A stretch of DNA of 64,000 nt from Chrysomallon squamiferum (taxonomy: Eukaryota > Animalia > Mollusca), in the NCBI GenBank assembly GCA_012295275.1, contig CM022665.1, forward strand, positions 8,246,001 to 8,310,000. Reading direction: 5' to 3'. Positions 47,795-62,300 of the stretch are shown in pieces (the stretch's first letter is position 1; every line of letters starts with the position of its first letter). The notes beneath the pieces were generated by a model that was given only the letters and a program-made list of their open reading frames with translations, had not been told where the DNA came from and did no database searches. The position numbers and the translations under genes were made by a program.

Positions 47795-50700
47795 CTAATG
47801 GTCATGCAGAATTTCCCACAAACAGTTAGCAAGAGCTGTTGATGATTCAATAGCACTCATTGCCTGGTAACTTAAATGATTTTCTCTTTTTTTGATTAGA
47901 CTGAAAAAAAGAAAATATTCAAAGCATATAAACAAACAGTCTGTGAAAAATAAAAAGTACTTGACTGATAATAAAATTCTTAATTAATTTATGTACAAAT
48001 ATAAACAAATTAATTGAAATAAAATCTTATGATCTATAAACTTTAAGGCTTATTTTGTGATTGCAAATGAACAAAAACAAATAAAAAGAACTAATAAAAA
48101 GGAATTTTACCTTCTTCCCAGAGCAGAGTACCGTGCAAGATTGCGCAGTATCAGTCCTGCAGTAAGTCGAATGTGCTTTGTAACTGGACCTTCTCGAGAA
48201 TCCTAAGAAAGAAAAGACAATTGTGATACAGGAAAATAATTATAGAGAATTCAGCTATGGAAAAAGAATCACAAAATAATCTTTTCATTAATTAATGCAC
48301 AATAGTTCAGGCACAGAAATGATGGTATCTGGAGTGTTTCTGAAGAGTCACTGTCTGTTTGCAGTTTTTAAGATACAGACAAGAAATCTATAAAATGAGT
48401 TGAATCTCAAATATGAAACAAGGAAAAGAAATCACAAAAACTATGAAAATTGAACTACACCAGCAACATAAAAGACTTTTTAATAAGTATTATTAGTTAA
48501 ACATTTTTTAAAATGAAATTACTATATTATTACTTTGTGGTAATAAAAGGGTTTTTAATTTCGTGTTTGTCTTTACCATGCAGTGAAGTAATATTAATAT
48601 TAATTAGATTAATAACTATTTAAGAAAATATGTACTTGGAATTCTGCAAATGGGGATCGAACAGAAAATCTCTTAATGGCCTGCATAGCAGCATCTGCTG
48701 GATATATAAGAACACTGGCAGGAGGAGCAGGTGGAGCCACAGTCCCACGCTGAGATGCCTGGTGCCGTCTGATGGTGGCTGCCCTTAGTGCACTTTCAGA
48801 GCAATGATGATCCTAAGAAGAAATATTTCCGTATACATTTTTTTTATTTCCTAACTGTTTTATTATTACTGTAGCAAAATTGTAATACATGAAACTGTCA
48901 AAAAGGCAGGTTTTTGGTTGTTGTTTTTTTTAGCTTTTGCTGGAGACTATCATTTTGATTTCACAAAAAAAAAAAAAAAAAAAAAAGGCCAAACAAACAC
49001 AGAAAGAAAGATAGCAGCAGAACTTCTGATAGGATATTCTATTTGTTTTGACCAGCGATGCTTAATCTGTTCACTCTACTTAAAATCACTAAGGTCACTC
49101 TACTTAAAATATGAACAATATCAAATAACACTTTTACCTGACAGTGGGTAACAAGAGACCATCTTGTCCTCTGTAAAACTTCACATCCTTCCCACTTACA
49201 AAATCCATCAGTATCCTCCTTTACATGGTGATGACTAACATGAAAGAATACTGAACGCGAGTTTTCAAAACACCTACATTCAAGAAAAATAGAATTATCA
49301 AAAAATAAATACGTAAGTACTTTTACACTTTTTCCAAATGTCTTCATGTTCATGCATCAAAATTTTATTTTTCAAAATGATTATAAAGCAAACCAGTAAT
49401 TATATTAATATTATTGTAAATTATCTTAAATTTAAAAAAAAAACTAAAATATATCACACTTTAATATGGATCTTGTTTTAATATTATATAAAACACAAAA
49501 GAACTAAGGGTTAAGAAAATCACTTACTTTTTACATCCTTCCCATTCACAGACATACTCTGGACCAACAGGCACCACTATTGCTGGACTCTTGGATTCTG
49601 AACTGCCTGAACTAGCATTGCTTCTATTGCGTTTTCTTGGTTTAGCTTTTTTCTTCTCTGTTTTAGCACTACTCACGTTTTTATCTACTTTATCAGAATC
49701 AATGTTAAAAGTCTGAATAGTCAATGTTACTGGAGTGGAATGTTTTTCAGAAACTGACTCAGCAGTTGATGATGCAAAGCTGTCTGAACTTAATTCCCCA
49801 TCTCTAGATTCTGGAGTGGGAACATGTCTTGTATCACAAATTTTATTATCAACAACTTTCTCTACAGAAATGTCCATTTTTTCAGTTCGGTCTTTACACG
49901 TCTGCTTCAGCAGCAATGGTTTCTGTTCGGAAGTCAAACTCTGCATTGTGACAGGACATTTCTGGTCTACTGGGCTAAAAGTCATACCTATACCATTGCC
50001 AGTTAAATCACAATTTGTAACAGTACCAAAAGATTTCACAGCATGATTTGAATTCAAGTTCTGAGTTTTAATAATAAATTCACTGGTGCTGTTAACAGCT
50101 GGTTGGCCATGCAAGGGAATTCTTTGTTCAGTGTTATGCTCTAAATATTTACTGGTAATTACATCTCTTTTACTGTCAATGTCCATATCTTGTTCAGCTG
50201 AATTGTCACCATTGTCCATATGAATTGTAATACCATTCAATTTATTTGACTTTTCGATTAACATAGATAGTTTTTCTTTGTTAAACATCTTTGAGATGGA
50301 ATTACCAGCATTTTCTTTACAAAAAACGATATCCTGACCATTGGGAAGGCTTCCATTTTCTTTAGATTCACACACAGGTGAAGGAGACATGTCCTGATCA
50401 ACACTCAGAGGAGAATCAAGTGGAGAATTCAAGCCATTTACCAATCCAGTGGGAATGCTATTTGCATTTGCCAGGAAACTGTTTTGATCAGCAAAATAGT
50501 CCATTTCCAGACTTTTAGAAGAGACGCTTCCTGCATTGTTCTTCAGCTTTACTTCTGAAATTCCAGCAGATTTATTATTCACTATATTGCACTTGTTTTC
50601 AGGTGGGTTTTGTCTTGATACACTATTTTCTTCAGGTTTAATTATACATTTTTCTGCAGTTAAAGAATGACCATATGATAATTCACAATTCCCAAATGCT

Positions 50701-53700
50701 TTGGCTGTTACAATTCGATCCAAAGTTTTGTCTGCTAATGTTATTTTATTTAAAACTTTTGTATTTGGTGAAGAAAGGTCACTTAAATTTTCACCTAAAA
50801 AATTACTAGAATTTAATGACTTTTCAGAAAGAGTTGTTGAAAGGTTTGATGTCTTTACACCATTATTTGCCACTGGTTTCTGTTCATTACCTGATGTGAC
50901 CAAAACTGTGTTAGTATTTTGCACAGATGTATTAACAATGGACGGTTTTGAGATTTTGTTCTGCAAATCCTGCAGCTGCTCTAAGCACTTATTTTCTACC
51001 CTTTCAATAAGGGTTTCTGCACCAGACTTAACAATGTCTTTAGCACGTTCCACTTCTCCACAAACTTCAAGCTCAAATGGCTGTGGAGAAGCTGATCTGG
51101 GTGATGAAGGTCCTGACTCAGAAGATGCATGTGATGATTTGGCTTCAGTTTTAGGTGAAGATGGGCATGGAAAACATGTCTCTTTTTCAGAATTTTCAAT
51201 CTTCTTCTTTTTAATGGATTTAGGTGATGATGGCTTTGTCAACTGACTAGAATTGTTCAATGATGTGGAAACAGTCTGCAGTGTATTCATTGGTGTTTGC
51301 TGTGCATCAGCTGCCAATTGTTGAGATTCAGGCTGCACTGTTGATTGCACAGACACAACACAATGTCCTGGCAAAGCAGATGTATGATTGCTGTTATGTT
51401 GGACTAATTCATAATTCACAGCAACCTGAGAGAAACTAATCGAAGCAATCTGCGACTGACTAACATCAGCAATGGTTTGTGAAGGCACAGCAATTTGATC
51501 TGTAAGAATAACCAATGGGCTTGTTGTTACTGGGGCAAGATTATTTGGACTAGGAAATGGTTGTGCTTGTCGTACCACCATGTTTTGATTTAATTTTTTG
51601 GCCAGTAAACTTTTGATTAGATTTGGATTTGTTGAATCATTAATATTTAGCTGTACAAACTGTGGATGTTGCTGCATCTGTTGCTGATGATGATGTTGAT
51701 GAGACATATCAGCTGGTTTTGGTGCTATTTTCTGATGCCCTGAAGTTGTCTGCAGATGATGCTGAAGAACAGTTTTTGGTTTTAAAAGTGGAAGATTGGA
51801 TGTATTTCCTTTTGAGGAAGTAGATTTTGATCCAACATTTAAAACAATTGGAACGGTATTTGTTATCACAGTTGAGTGAGCTTTGGATGATTTAGTTGAT
51901 GGTTTAAGAGGGCGTGATGCTTCTTGAGGTTTGCTGCTTGCGACGGATGATCCACTTGCAGATGTTGGCTGCAGTGAAGCTGGACTCATTGGCTGTGGAC
52001 TCCCAACACCTGTATGAAGAAGGGGCTGATGTAAAATTATCCTTGAAGGCTCCATCAGACGCTGTCTGAGGGTGGGTGTTTGAGTTAGATCTATCTGAGG
52101 AGGGTTAGGGCTTGACTGAGAAGAGCCACGAATTGAGCTTAGAGTCACAGTGCGTGTTTTAGAAACTGAAAGCAAGAAACAAAAGAGTGCTACACAACAT
52201 ACAAACACACTACAAAACAATAGTTATAGAACTCAAAATGATTTTCTAAAAACCACAATACTTAAAAATTAGAATTCAAATAATTGCACATGCTCCAGCC
52301 AGAAAAATAATAAATCAATGTCGTGCTTGTCTGCATGTACCAAAGCAAGCATTTCCCTTAATAACTTCATTACAGTGCTACTATTGTTATGGTTGCCAAA
52401 ATAAAATGATTATGATAAATAAAAACCTTTTCGTTTCAGATTGAAACTATTTCCAAAGATCAAATATTTCCAAAATGTGATAATGAAGAAATATTTATTA
52501 TCCCTAATTAATGTATCTTTATGATAAATTATTTTCCTTTATTTATTATTTATTTATTTATTTATTTAAATATATTTGTATCTTTTTTAAAGAAAGGTAT
52601 TTTCATTCAGTTCTGGTATTTCTAACAAATTGCTGTTATGCCAAATCAAAGTTAAACATCAAACACACACTACATTTGAACAATAATACATGCAAAATAA
52701 ATAGGTAACACCAACAGAAATACTAATTGAATGGAATATAAATTTAACATTAGAGGAAGAGTTCTTTCTCCTCTAGCTACACTGAACTGTAATAGTTCTG
52801 TGCCATAACATTATAGACTTAGTTAATAATGTCTTTACTAAAAGACCATAAATAAACATGCATAAACATTGATGTAATACATATAAAAAATAAGAAAACA
52901 ATTTATGCAATAGACATCAATAATTCATGCAATGCAACAATCGTGCAGAACTGATGAAAAGCAATCATATAAAAAATCAAATACGTAGGAAAGAAGCACT
53001 TGAGCAGATTTTGTAGTTAGAGGTATAAATTTGAAATAAAATGATTCCTACATAATTCACAAAATATGCAGGATGTATTCTTCTGAAAAGATGGCAAGGC
53101 ACTGAATAGTGCATAAATGATAAGGTCTGAATACTGAAGAATATTTTCTGGATAAATCATGGACAAATATAATTCATAAATATGACAGTAAAAAAAGTTA
53201 CCTAAGTATGATAAGGCAAAATTAAATTCCAAACTCCCAGAACATGCTCTTTATCGGACTTTATTTATTATTAGCAATTTTCATGCCAAAATAAAATTAT
53301 GTGAAAAGAAAATATTCTGGTTAAACTGAATGATCTTTTTAAAAAGCAAACTCCCAGTACATAAAACTAATGATAAACTCAATAAATATTTTAGGAAAAA
53401 ATGCCAACTCACCTGAGTGAGATATAGAAAACTGTTTGGGAACTGATCGTTTGTTTATGTTAGCAAAGCAACCTTCTTTATCACCATTTGCTTTCTTCAT
53501 CTCTGTCATTTCTGACTGAGGAAAAGCAACCCTGTAAATAGATGAAACATTAATATTATTTTTAATAAAAATTCTATATCATCAAGATTCAAATAAATAT
53601 ATTCTTAACATTATTTTTGAAATGGAATAATCTTAATTGAATATATAACTACATACTTAACTAGCTGAATGAAATCAGCTGATGGTAAAACATCTGCAAT

Positions 53701-56700
53701 GCCAAACTTCCGACAAAACTGGAGGTAGTCTGAGAATAAGTCCACTTGTGTAATTTTGATACCCTTTTTATGTTCATAAGTAGCCTGCAACCTGTAAAAA
53801 TATATACATGAAAATAATATTGTCATTTGTCTCAAAATTATTCTTCAAGTGAAAACCAGCTTTGTAAATAATGATAATAGTAAAAGAAAATGGAACAATC
53901 ATCTCCCTCCAAATTATTTTATGTTTTAAATTGTTATTTTTTGACAAACTGATGTTTCATGATTGTGGTCAAGCTACTTTTATTGTAATTCATAAGTGGC
54001 ATGAACAGGAGTCTCTTGATACTTATACAGTAAAATATACATCTCAAATCCCTTTCATAAATCAAATTACAAAAAAATTATCTGATTGACCTTTTTATTT
54101 TCTGAGGATAAGGAATATAAAAAATATTCTTACCAGTTTAAAGTGGTGGACTCTATGTCTGATGACAAGTCTGAATTTAATGAACAGTCAACTGTCGGAG
54201 GTCGTGCTGATGGGTGTTTAGCTGTGAAAATAAATGTAATTAGTCAAATCAAGAAGACAAACATTTTAATCGGTTTTTTTTAAATGACACCAAAAATAAA
54301 ATAATCTGATAATTTATCTGTAGAAACGATTCTCTGAATGATCCATCATCTCTATCAAGATGGGCTAATTTATCATTTAAATGCATGCCAAAGATAAAGA
54401 GCAACAATTAAAACTAATTTACCAGAAATTGGAGTTCCAGGAGGCTGCATAACCATAGTTGCTGGTGGTCGGTTGTCATTTTCTGCTACTGATTCTGATG
54501 ATGGAACTGTAGGCTGGGCTTGAACACACTCCACAACTTTAATCCCAATCAGAGAATTTGGACCATAGGATTGAGCTTCTACTGTTAGCAAGCTTATTAA
54601 CAAATCTGTTAAGATTAAAAAAAGAAAACTAGTTAAGAATTTGTAATTTATTAATACTAAGGATGAATAAGCAGTGAAGAAAAATGTTGTTTACATTCAC
54701 ACACAGAGGTATATTTTACAGTAATTACTTTCACATGAAACCTTCTCCCCACCTCACCAAAAGACATTATCTAGACATATGTAGAAATAAAAAAACAATC
54801 ATTCATGATTATTAAACTTTTACTATTAATTTTACCTAATGTCAAAAGATAAATGAGGGAAATTTTTTATTTTTGGATGATGACTTTAATAGATAAACTT
54901 ACCAACAGCATTTCTGACAGCTGCAATTCTGGTTGTAGTTTCATCACCAAGTTCTGAGAGCTGATACATTGTCTCAAGCGTGTGAACAATCAACTGAATG
55001 TCATAGACAGTAAGTAGTTGACACAACCGATTGTAGGTCTTATCTTCAAGAGTTTCTGACAGAATAGTTTCATTTTGTTCAATGACACACAACTTGCCAA
55101 GAATTTCTAAAGCTGCAAGAAGAATACATATGATTTTGAAATTACAGATAGTAATCATTTATTCTTAATTTAACTTTTTTATTTCTATTTTCTTCTTCAT
55201 TAAGTTCAAATTGAAATCATTAAGGTTCTATTCAAATAAAAAGTAGAATTTACAATTTGCTTAGTTTGACATACCCAAACACACATACACATCTTTGATT
55301 TTACAGAGTGACTGCTAAAATAATGTTAATCTGTATGAAATAGCTTACAAGTAGTTAACAACATATTTCCTCCCCCATCTCCAAGTTACAACATTCTAAG
55401 CTCAGTCTCAAATAAAGCCTAAATAAATATAATAATGTAGATAATGCAGATTATGAAACAGGACATTATAATTAAAATATGGACTGCAGAAATTAGCAAT
55501 CACAGTTGTAACAATATTTAAACACAAATTCTTACCTCTGACAATAACAAACTTGTCATCTGAATAAAGCCCATCAGTGACCAAACCCAACAGCAATTTA
55601 GTACTGCTGTCCTCAGCAGGTGCCAGCACCATCTGATCAAAGAAGCAAGTTAGATTTAGAACTTAATGGATGGATATGATTTGGGAAATACTATTTAATT
55701 ATCAACAAATGCAATACTTAGTCACTTGGTTAAAACATAGGAACTAGGAGGTAGTTAATGATAGGAAAAATGTTTAAGATCACTTGTCATTTAAAGAATT
55801 TAATGCCTCAAAAAAGCAGCTGAACATATTTAATGTGGAATCCTAAAGTCATTTTAAAGTGTTTGTCTATCCACATAGGTTTTCAATAATAAAACTGTTT
55901 CTTTCAAATAAATAATATTTGTCAGTCTAACAAGGTAATACATATATATATATATATATTTTACTTGTTTTGAAGAATTCAATTTAATTCACACCAAAGT
56001 AAGATTAGTGTTTGAGCAGCACTGTTACCTGAGTGGCTAGATTGCCTAAGGTATCAAGAGCTAGCTGTTTCAGTGATCCATATGAGCTGTGCACACACAA
56101 CAGAAGAAATCTGGAGAGAGAGAAGGGAAAAAAAAAAAAATGAATGTATGCAACTTAAAAATAAAACCTTAATAAAACAGTAATGGTATTTTCTGCCAAC
56201 TGTTTGTTAACATAGAAGTAAAGGTTTTAATTACAAAATATTTTTAAAAGTACTTAAGAAGCATAAACAGCAATGTTTAAGTCACTAGAAAGTGAATAGG
56301 AGTTAATGTATTTACTCACTTGAAAAATTATTAAGTGATTGCTATTTTAACTATATATCAAACCATAACAACAGCTTTATAGGTTATAGTTCGGTAGTCT
56401 TTCTAAGAAATATAACTTTGTATTACATAATACTGTAGTAAATTATCTCCCATGAATAAACTCTACACTTTTCAATACCAGAAGAAAGAAAAAAGAAAAA
56501 AAGAAAAAATGTGCAAGAATGATTTAAAACAACAAATATGAAAAACATACTTAAAAACTAATGGATCTGTTGCTAATACTTTTTGGTTTTCTTCTTCAAA
56601 TGAAAGATTCCTTAAAAGAACTGCAAGCTGAAAAATAAAATAAAAATTTTATTAAGCAAAGACATGAAATGCATTCATAATTTTCTTGTTTCTACTGAAG

Positions 56701-59389
56701 GGAAAATGTTCAGACAGCTCAGTGGAGTTCTTCACAGCTTAGTTTCAAAACAGGAAATAATTTTGTTGTTAAACCAAATATATACATATATTGCTTTTTT
56801 CAATATTTGTTCTGTGGTCAACAATTAATAATGACTATTACTTCAAAGTTTCAAATGATTTCACCTGAGTGACTCTTTGTCCTTCTTTGTCATATATTCC
56901 TATATCACGTCCGAGATGTAATACTTCATCACCACAAACAGAATCTGCACAAAAACAAAATTCAACCATTTAATATTGGACATAAAAGTTTGTTATTTAT
57001 TCTTATATTATTCATTCTCTGATATAACAATGACTGAGAGGTATGACAGTTATTTAATTGTTTTTGTGTGAATACCAGTTTTTAAACGTTTATAGAAATC
57101 TGATCTGCATGAAAAAATAGTTTTGCCTTCTTTGGTACGTTATAAAATATAATTAAAATATAAATTACCTTAAATCTGTTGAAAACAGTTGATATTTTAA
57201 CAGGCCATTTATTACTAATTTTGAAATAAAAATATTAATCATAGCCAAAATACTAAAACAACATTTTATCATAAGATATTCAGAGTCAGTCTCGATAATC
57301 ATTTACATTAAAGCTCTTTTGCAGTCAATGGCATAGCAAGAAAAATGTTTTTTGAAAAACACTGCTTGCTCTAATGCATTGATTAGTTTTGTTAGCATTA
57401 CTACTCAACTACTGGGTTTAATATAGCATTAGTTCTTAAAACTATCAAAGGGTCTTCTTCAAAATGAATCAAAAATTTTCACAGAGAATGATATTTTCTA
57501 TGATTTACTCAGTAAATTAAAGGAAATAAATCTCTCTTACCTCTAGAATACTGTGTACCACCAAACGTTATCAAATTTTTAGCTATTTCATTTTTCACAC
57601 ATTCAAACCAAAACTGAAAATAAAAGTAAAAAAGCATCAATACATTAGCAACAGAAATTGAAAAAAATGTCATCAACATGTCCGCTATTAGAAAAATATA
57701 TTTAATTTTCATTTTATGCAATGTAATATATCATAAATATAGTACAAATACACTGACGAAACTACAAATATTTACAGTTATACAGAAGGCATTATATATG
57801 TTTAAAATACTTTTCAAAATTTATTCAAATTAATGAAATGGCAAAATAACAAAAAGTAAGATACAAATAAGCAGTATCATACAAATCAAATGAAAACATT
57901 ATGGATGATACTTTAAAAAAATTTGGCATGCAACTCAAAAACAAAGCAGAGGATTTAAGAAAAAAGAGAGAATAAATAAAAACATGAATGACATTGTTTA
58001 ACAAATTGTTGAAAATGGCTTACCCGTAAAAAGTCTCTTTTCGAATAATTTATCCATCCATTGAGGTACAATTCTTCAAAACATGTAAAATCTGAAAAAT
58101 AGAAAAAAAGACTAATGAGTAATATTAACAAAAGTAAATATGGCAATAAACAAGCATACAAAAACTGTCATCTGCTGTTTACTTAAAATCATACAAAATC
58201 TGAATAACTTTCATTATGAAAGTAGAGGTACACAAAGATTATAATTATATAAAATGAAAGTCAAGTTTATAAAAAAATATTTTAAAGAATATCCACTCAC
58301 ACAGGAAATCAGTTTCAATATTATTATTTAATATAACTTTAGTAAAAAAAAAAAAAAAATTTAAAGTTCCAAAGCAATTACTGCCTATATTTATTTCTGT
58401 TTGTCACATTATGTATCACAAACAAAAACATTCTTCATATTTGTTTTGGGAATGAAAGTAATACAAAGCTAATGTAGTACATTATCATCATTGTTAAATA
58501 AAACATTTATTAATCTTTGATTAATATTACCTTAATTCAGCTCCATAAAAATAAACAGCATATGATAACAAATTCAAAAGGATGTTTTAAATTTAAATAA
58601 CCCCTAAATTTACCTAGTTGTTTTAGGAGTAAATATAAAAATAAAAAAAAATTAAAAAAAAGTTTCTTTGATATATTTACCTTCTTCATCAAAAATTCCA
58701 ACATGAGCTAATAATAGTGGTATGATGTGTTGTGATTTCTCTAGCTTTAAGCAGTGACGGCCTTCATTGGAGAGTAATGTACACACATTGAAAACAAAAT
58801 CTACTTCATTAGGTAGTCCTGAGATCAAAGATTTTTCCAGTTTATCATAATCACCAGCTTGCAGAAGGTCTGCTGATAAACCATGAGCCTGCCTCACAGC
58901 ATCTAAAATGAGAAACATTTATTACACACTTCCAATGTATTAATAGTTAATATGAATTTGTTTGAAAAAGGAAAACTGCTTTATTAGCAGTGAAAATGGT
59001 TTATGTATTAAACAATAAAATCCAAGCATTAACAAAACAAATAAGGATGGTTGTAAAACAAATCACTATTGTAACAGAATGTATAATGTTTAATTCACTA
59101 AATTAACAACAGTAATTCTATTTGGTTACAGTTTATACACCTGCTGGCCTACCAAACTTAGAATAAAAATTACAAATTTGCATCTTCAGTTTGATGTAAC
59201 ATATTTCTACAGAACTACTGGATAATAATTATTTCACCTGAAATATGATGTTGAGCAGAGTTGTATGTTAATGGATAACCATAAATTGGAGTACAAGCTT
59301 TCTTCCTAGCTGGATGATCATCATCTTCTACCCGTGGCCGATTTGGGTCTTCTCCCAAGAAATGGACTTTTTCATATGTATTAAGAAAC
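47795..59389 (-). CDS. ARID2: AT-rich interactive domain protein 2 (BAF200/BAP170, PBAF subunit); last 18 coding exons, 5'-partial
   Basis: Exons (minus strand): 59389-59238, 58902-58681, 58091-58024, 57613-57541, 56944-56865, 56627-56551, 56110-56029, 55632-55536, 55112-54903, 54605-54423, 54221-54134, 53791-53657, 53531-53413, 52165-49528, 49273-49138, 48812-48636, 48202-48111, 47900-47795. All are GT-AG and phase-consistent (~1577 aa). Recognised motifs: end of ARID ([14 protein letters not shown]), [45 protein letters not shown]-like winged helix (WLQATYE..), two C2H2 fingers (CEWEGC, CKWEGC) and C-terminal [23 protein letters not shown]. Confidence 0.96.
49528..52165 (-). CDS. ARID2: ARID2 large exon (2638 nt, Q/S/P-rich low-complexity region up to the start of zinc finger 1)
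   Basis: Acceptor ctttcAG at 52167-52166, donor AA|GTAAGT at 49527. Corresponds to the 898-aa listed ORF minus its intronic N-terminus. Confidence 0.95.
53413..53791 (-). CDS. ARID2: ARID2 RFX-type winged-helix exons (53791-53657, 53531-53413)
   Basis: [54 protein letters not shown]... Confidence 0.9.
58681..58902 (-). CDS. ARID2: ARID2 exon with the conserved post-ARID motif
   Basis: [42 protein letters not shown]. Confidence 0.95.
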
Positions 59390-62300
59390 CTGAAAATGAC
59401 ACATAATAATAATATAAGGTCTAAAGATAACTGAATGATTTATTTTATTTTATGCAGCTTAGTATGTCATAAAGGCCAATTAAACATTCCCAAAAAATTA
59501 TAATGTTACCAACAAAAAATATTATTTTGTGTATTCACAAGTACAAATACTGCCTTAAGTGAGACAAATCAAATACATATTTGCTTTCATTCACTTGGTG
59601 TTTGGGGGATCTTTATTCTAGTTACTAGATTAATTCAGAATTGGTAATTTAAAAACAATAAATGTCATTATTACTTTTATTCTTTTTGGTATTACATGAT
59701 TACATCTGACTTTTTAAATTAAAATTTCAGTTAATGATGAATTGTTGATAAAATGAACTGGTAATATACACTTATGAAATAAAACAGAGCATCCTTTTTA
59801 TGTTAACAGTATCTTATAACGTAAAGGAAAAAAAAAAAAAAAAAAATGGAAAGAAAATGTAATTAAAAAGATATTTTTAAAAATCTTAGAAAATTGTCAA
59901 CTTTAATGTCCTTGCTCTATTTAAACTTCTGTTTGTAAAATGACATTACGATGAAAGTGAATATATCATATTGTGTTTATATGTTTATGCCTTGTGTTTT
60001 ATTATTGTACGTAAGTATTTGCATAAACAAAAAATATAAAGAATTAAAAATAAAAACATTTAAAAATCAAGCCACTTTTGAATATACTAAATATAGTTAG
60101 GAATGTATTTGAATTTTTTGACAGAAAAAGAGTATATTTTGCAAATGAATTTAGTAATAAATCTTTTTCTGTTTTAAAAATGTTTTACTTAAACTGATCC
60201 AATTCAACAGTGCATACATTTACATACATTTCAATATCTACATTTAATTTAACAATAACCTTTGTCTGATTTCACTACAAATTAATTAATATTATAAACC
60301 ATACAACTGTACTTAAAGAAGGAGAAGGGGAAAAAATGTAGACATGTACTGTATTACCTGTTGAACTACTGTAGTTTTAAACCCACTGGCAAGCCATGTA
60401 AGATTTCATGAAATATTTTTAAAAAATAACCCTATTTTATAATCCATCTTTTGTGGCCAACTTTTCTGACTGCAGGCTCAGACAGCTTTGACATATGAAT
60501 ACCTTAACTGTGTTTACAATTCATACAATCTCATGTTAATATTATCCTATCTGTCAATAGCTGTGACCTGGAAACTTTATAAAGTGTTATGCAAGACACT
60601 CAAGAACATATTGTTTGTGTGTATGTGTGTTCTGTGTGCATGCATGTGTATGTTTTTATTTTTGAATTATAGAAGTATAGGAAAGAATTACAAGGCCTGT
60701 TCATGACTTTTTTTTTTTTTCTTCTTCTTCTCTTTCTTGTAGTTAGTTATACTTCACTTTGCTGGTACAGCATATTTTTATATTTTCCATTACAAAATAT
60801 ATAGACTGTATTAAATTTTAACAGATAATTTATGTAACAATATGTAACTCAAAAACCGTAACATATTTTTTTCATATAAGTGATTAATTATCAACATATT
60901 TTCTTCATGAACCTAAAATATAATTTCCTTTCAAACACAATAGTAAACAGTTAGAAAGAATGTAGCAGGCCATGGTGGCTGCTTTACTATTTATGTGAAT
61001 GTGAATATGAATGTAAAAGATCCCTTGCTGCTAATGAAAAAGGTACCATATTATGTAATGGAAGCAGATTTCCTTTCATATTAATTGCGAAGCCATGTGC
61101 ATGACAGGATGTAATTACAAATGCACTCAGTGCATAATTTATATATATAAAAATAAAAATAAAAATAAAAAACATTAAAAACTTTTTCTGCTCTAAAAAG
61201 TTTAAATATTATTTTAAATTAACTGCACTTTAGGATTTAGCAACTGCTTTCCAGACTACTGCAATTCCCAGATAAGCTGTGGTGAAATAAAAATGTATAA
61301 TTCAACCACAGAGCTTTTTAAGTCAGATATTAAATTCTGCCAATAACAGAAATTAATTAAGTATATCTATATTGTAAGTCTTAGATTAAAGAAGATCACA
61401 AAGTTTTTCTATTACTCTGTTTATTCACAGTGTATGTTAATGGTAGAAAAAGAAATTAAAAAAAATACTTATAATCACTCACAGTTAAAACTTGGTGTAT
61501 ATTTTTGTGTGTGTCTAAATTTACAATTAATTTTTTTAAATTCTGATCTTATTTTATTTCATATACCACTGTTTGATATCCAACAACTGGACAAATTTTA
61601 TTTATTTTATTTTTTGTGTTGGATTACTATTTAACATCCATTATATTTTTTTTAAATGAATAACAATGAAAACATGCTCACACTTGTATAGTATTACTTT
61701 TATAACTTTTTAGTTTTGCAGTTACATGTATAAAAGGGTTTACAAGTGATTTATTTGAAATTAGTAATGTCATTATTTAAAAAGAAAAAGGTCCTGTAAA
61801 TCAAACTATTTCCTTCTTAAATATTGCTTATAATCTTGATTTGTAAACTGAAATCAATTTTTAAAATTTACCTTTAGAATGATTTGCTTCATAGATTTGT
61901 TTTCCATTATTATACATTTTAAGCAGCTTTAAAATTAAAATTCATTTTATATTTAAATTAACACACACACACACATATTTATATAAAATAGGTGAAAGTC
62001 AGCCTAATGAAAAAATGAAATAAAATATATAAATCAAAAAGATATACAGCACAAATATGTATATATACGAAGACATGTATACATGTAGAAAACCTGTTTC
62101 TTCATAATGTGTATACCATTAAGGATTTAAATAAGCTATCTAACAAATGAACTAATTACATAAGGCAACAAAAATAATCAGAATGTGATTAAATCAAAAG
62201 TAAGGTTAAATGTATAAATATTGTGCACTGATAACAAAATCAGTTACAAAGTTTGAAACAAGTTCAAAATATAATCAATACAGATTATACAAAGAAAAAG

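Noticed and set aside
49735-51246. Plus-strand ORFs of 103 and 181 aa
   Set aside because: Antisense shadows of the ARID2 large exon.
52166-52220. Hydrophobic, signal-like N-terminus [18 protein letters not shown] of the 898-aa ORF
   Set aside because: Intronic polypyrimidine tract read from a non-ATG start. The exon begins at 52165.
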